From NCBI GenBank assembly GCA_965248535.1, contig CBDFJR010000002.1, forward strand, positions 320,001 through 384,000: 64,000 bases of DNA, in the 5' to 3' direction. Under the pieces are notes generated by a model. The model made no database searches. It was not told the DNA's origin and was given only the letters and a program-made list of their open reading frames with translations. Positions 63,296-64,000 of the stretch are shown piece by piece. The translations under genes were made by a program, and so were the position numbers. This DNA is from Phormidesmis sp. (GTDB taxonomy: Bacteria; Cyanobacteriota; Cyanobacteriia; Leptolyngbyales; Leptolyngbyaceae). Position 1 is the first letter of the stretch. Each line of letters begins with the position of its first letter.

Positions 63296-64000
63296 TTAAT
63301 GAGTCAGGGGCTTGAGAGACACGACTTGCCCCCCTTGTTGCAGTGACTGAGACAGCGCCACGAGAATTTGAACTAGCGCCGCGCCGCGCCAACCCGCAGA
63401 GATCTCTGAAGGCTGATTTTGCAGAACACAGGCCAGAAAGTGAGCACAGACTTGCTGAAGTGGCTCACCCGGCGGCAAGGTTAAACACTCTTGGCTTTGA
63501 TTCACCGGGGTAAACTGCTGCCCCTGCTGCTGTAGCTGCCCCCGCCGAATTGAGAGCAACTCTGGCGACAGTTCATCAAAAGTCAGCGTTCCCTGACTGC
63601 CCACTACACTAAGACGGCGCTGTTTGTCAGGGTTGAGCCAGCATAGATGAATCGTTGCCTCAAATCCGCTGGGATAGGTGAGAGTGACCCAAACCACATC
63701 CGATAGGTCTGCCTGAAGCCATGCCGTCCCTTTGGCTTGCACCTGACAGGGCATCTCTTCTAGCCACTCATTAAAAATAGCAATATCGTGAATCGCTAGA
63801 TCCCATAGGGCATCGACATCCGATCGAACTGGGCCGAGATGGGTGCGAGCGGCATAGCCATAGCGCAAATCGCCTAGTGCCTTAGCTTGCATCACCGCTC
63901 TTCCGCGCAGCACGGCAGGATGAAACAGATAGGTATGATCGATCACGAGTTGACGGTGCTGCCGATCGGCAAGCTGACAAAGTTGAACCGACTCTGCCAC
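63296..64000 (-). CDS. Gfo/Idh/MocA oxidoreductase (partial, runs off the right edge)
   Basis: DHTYLFHPAV, GPVRSDVDALWDLAIHDI and WLNPDKQR motifs. Confidence 0.88.
   Translation of the reverse strand: MAESVQLCQLADRQHRQLVIDHTYLFHPAVLRGRAVMQAKALGDLRYGYAARTHLGPVRSDVDALWDLAIHDIAIFNEWLEEMPCQVQAKGTAWLQADLSDVVWVTLTYPSGFEATIHLCWLNPDKQRRLSVVGSQGTLTFDELSPELLSIRRGQLQQQGQQFTPVNQSQECLTLPPGEPLQQVCAHFLACVLQNQPSEISAGWRGAALVQILVALSQSLQQGGQVVSLKPLTH

Overview
This is a 64 kb chromosomal window of a cyanobacterium, probably filamentous given the SepJ-like gene. The HIP1 octamer GCGATCGC is dense, and psbA, psaM, apcF, crtW and a helical carotenoid protein are present. Most genes are housekeeping (purQ, nrdR, speA, ndk, ilvE, purA, rplY, aroC, phoH, rpsP, ffh, glnA, murF, lysC, groEL2, tRNA-Lys, tRNA-Leu). 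They are interrupted by small accessory patches at about 2.1-3.4 kb, 15.5-17.8 kb and 53.5-58.7 kb, and by a tnpB-only IS200/IS605 element. The most interesting signals are four. (1) An NtcA-activated glnA whose C-terminal residues for inactivating-factor binding appear substituted is followed by a glutamine riboswitch driving an unrecognised 50-aa peptide. (2) A convergent-promoter locus combines a structured antisense RNA, a 39-aa leader peptide and an RBS-sequestering hairpin in front of an orphan gene. (3) An integron-type attC site with cassette-like neighbours has no integrase in the window. (4) psbA and a cytochrome b6-like gene are divergent paralogs. Four +1 frameshifts between 39.9 and 51.9 kb, one in lysC, are probably sequencing errors. 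All family assignments come from recognising motifs by eye; no searches were run.
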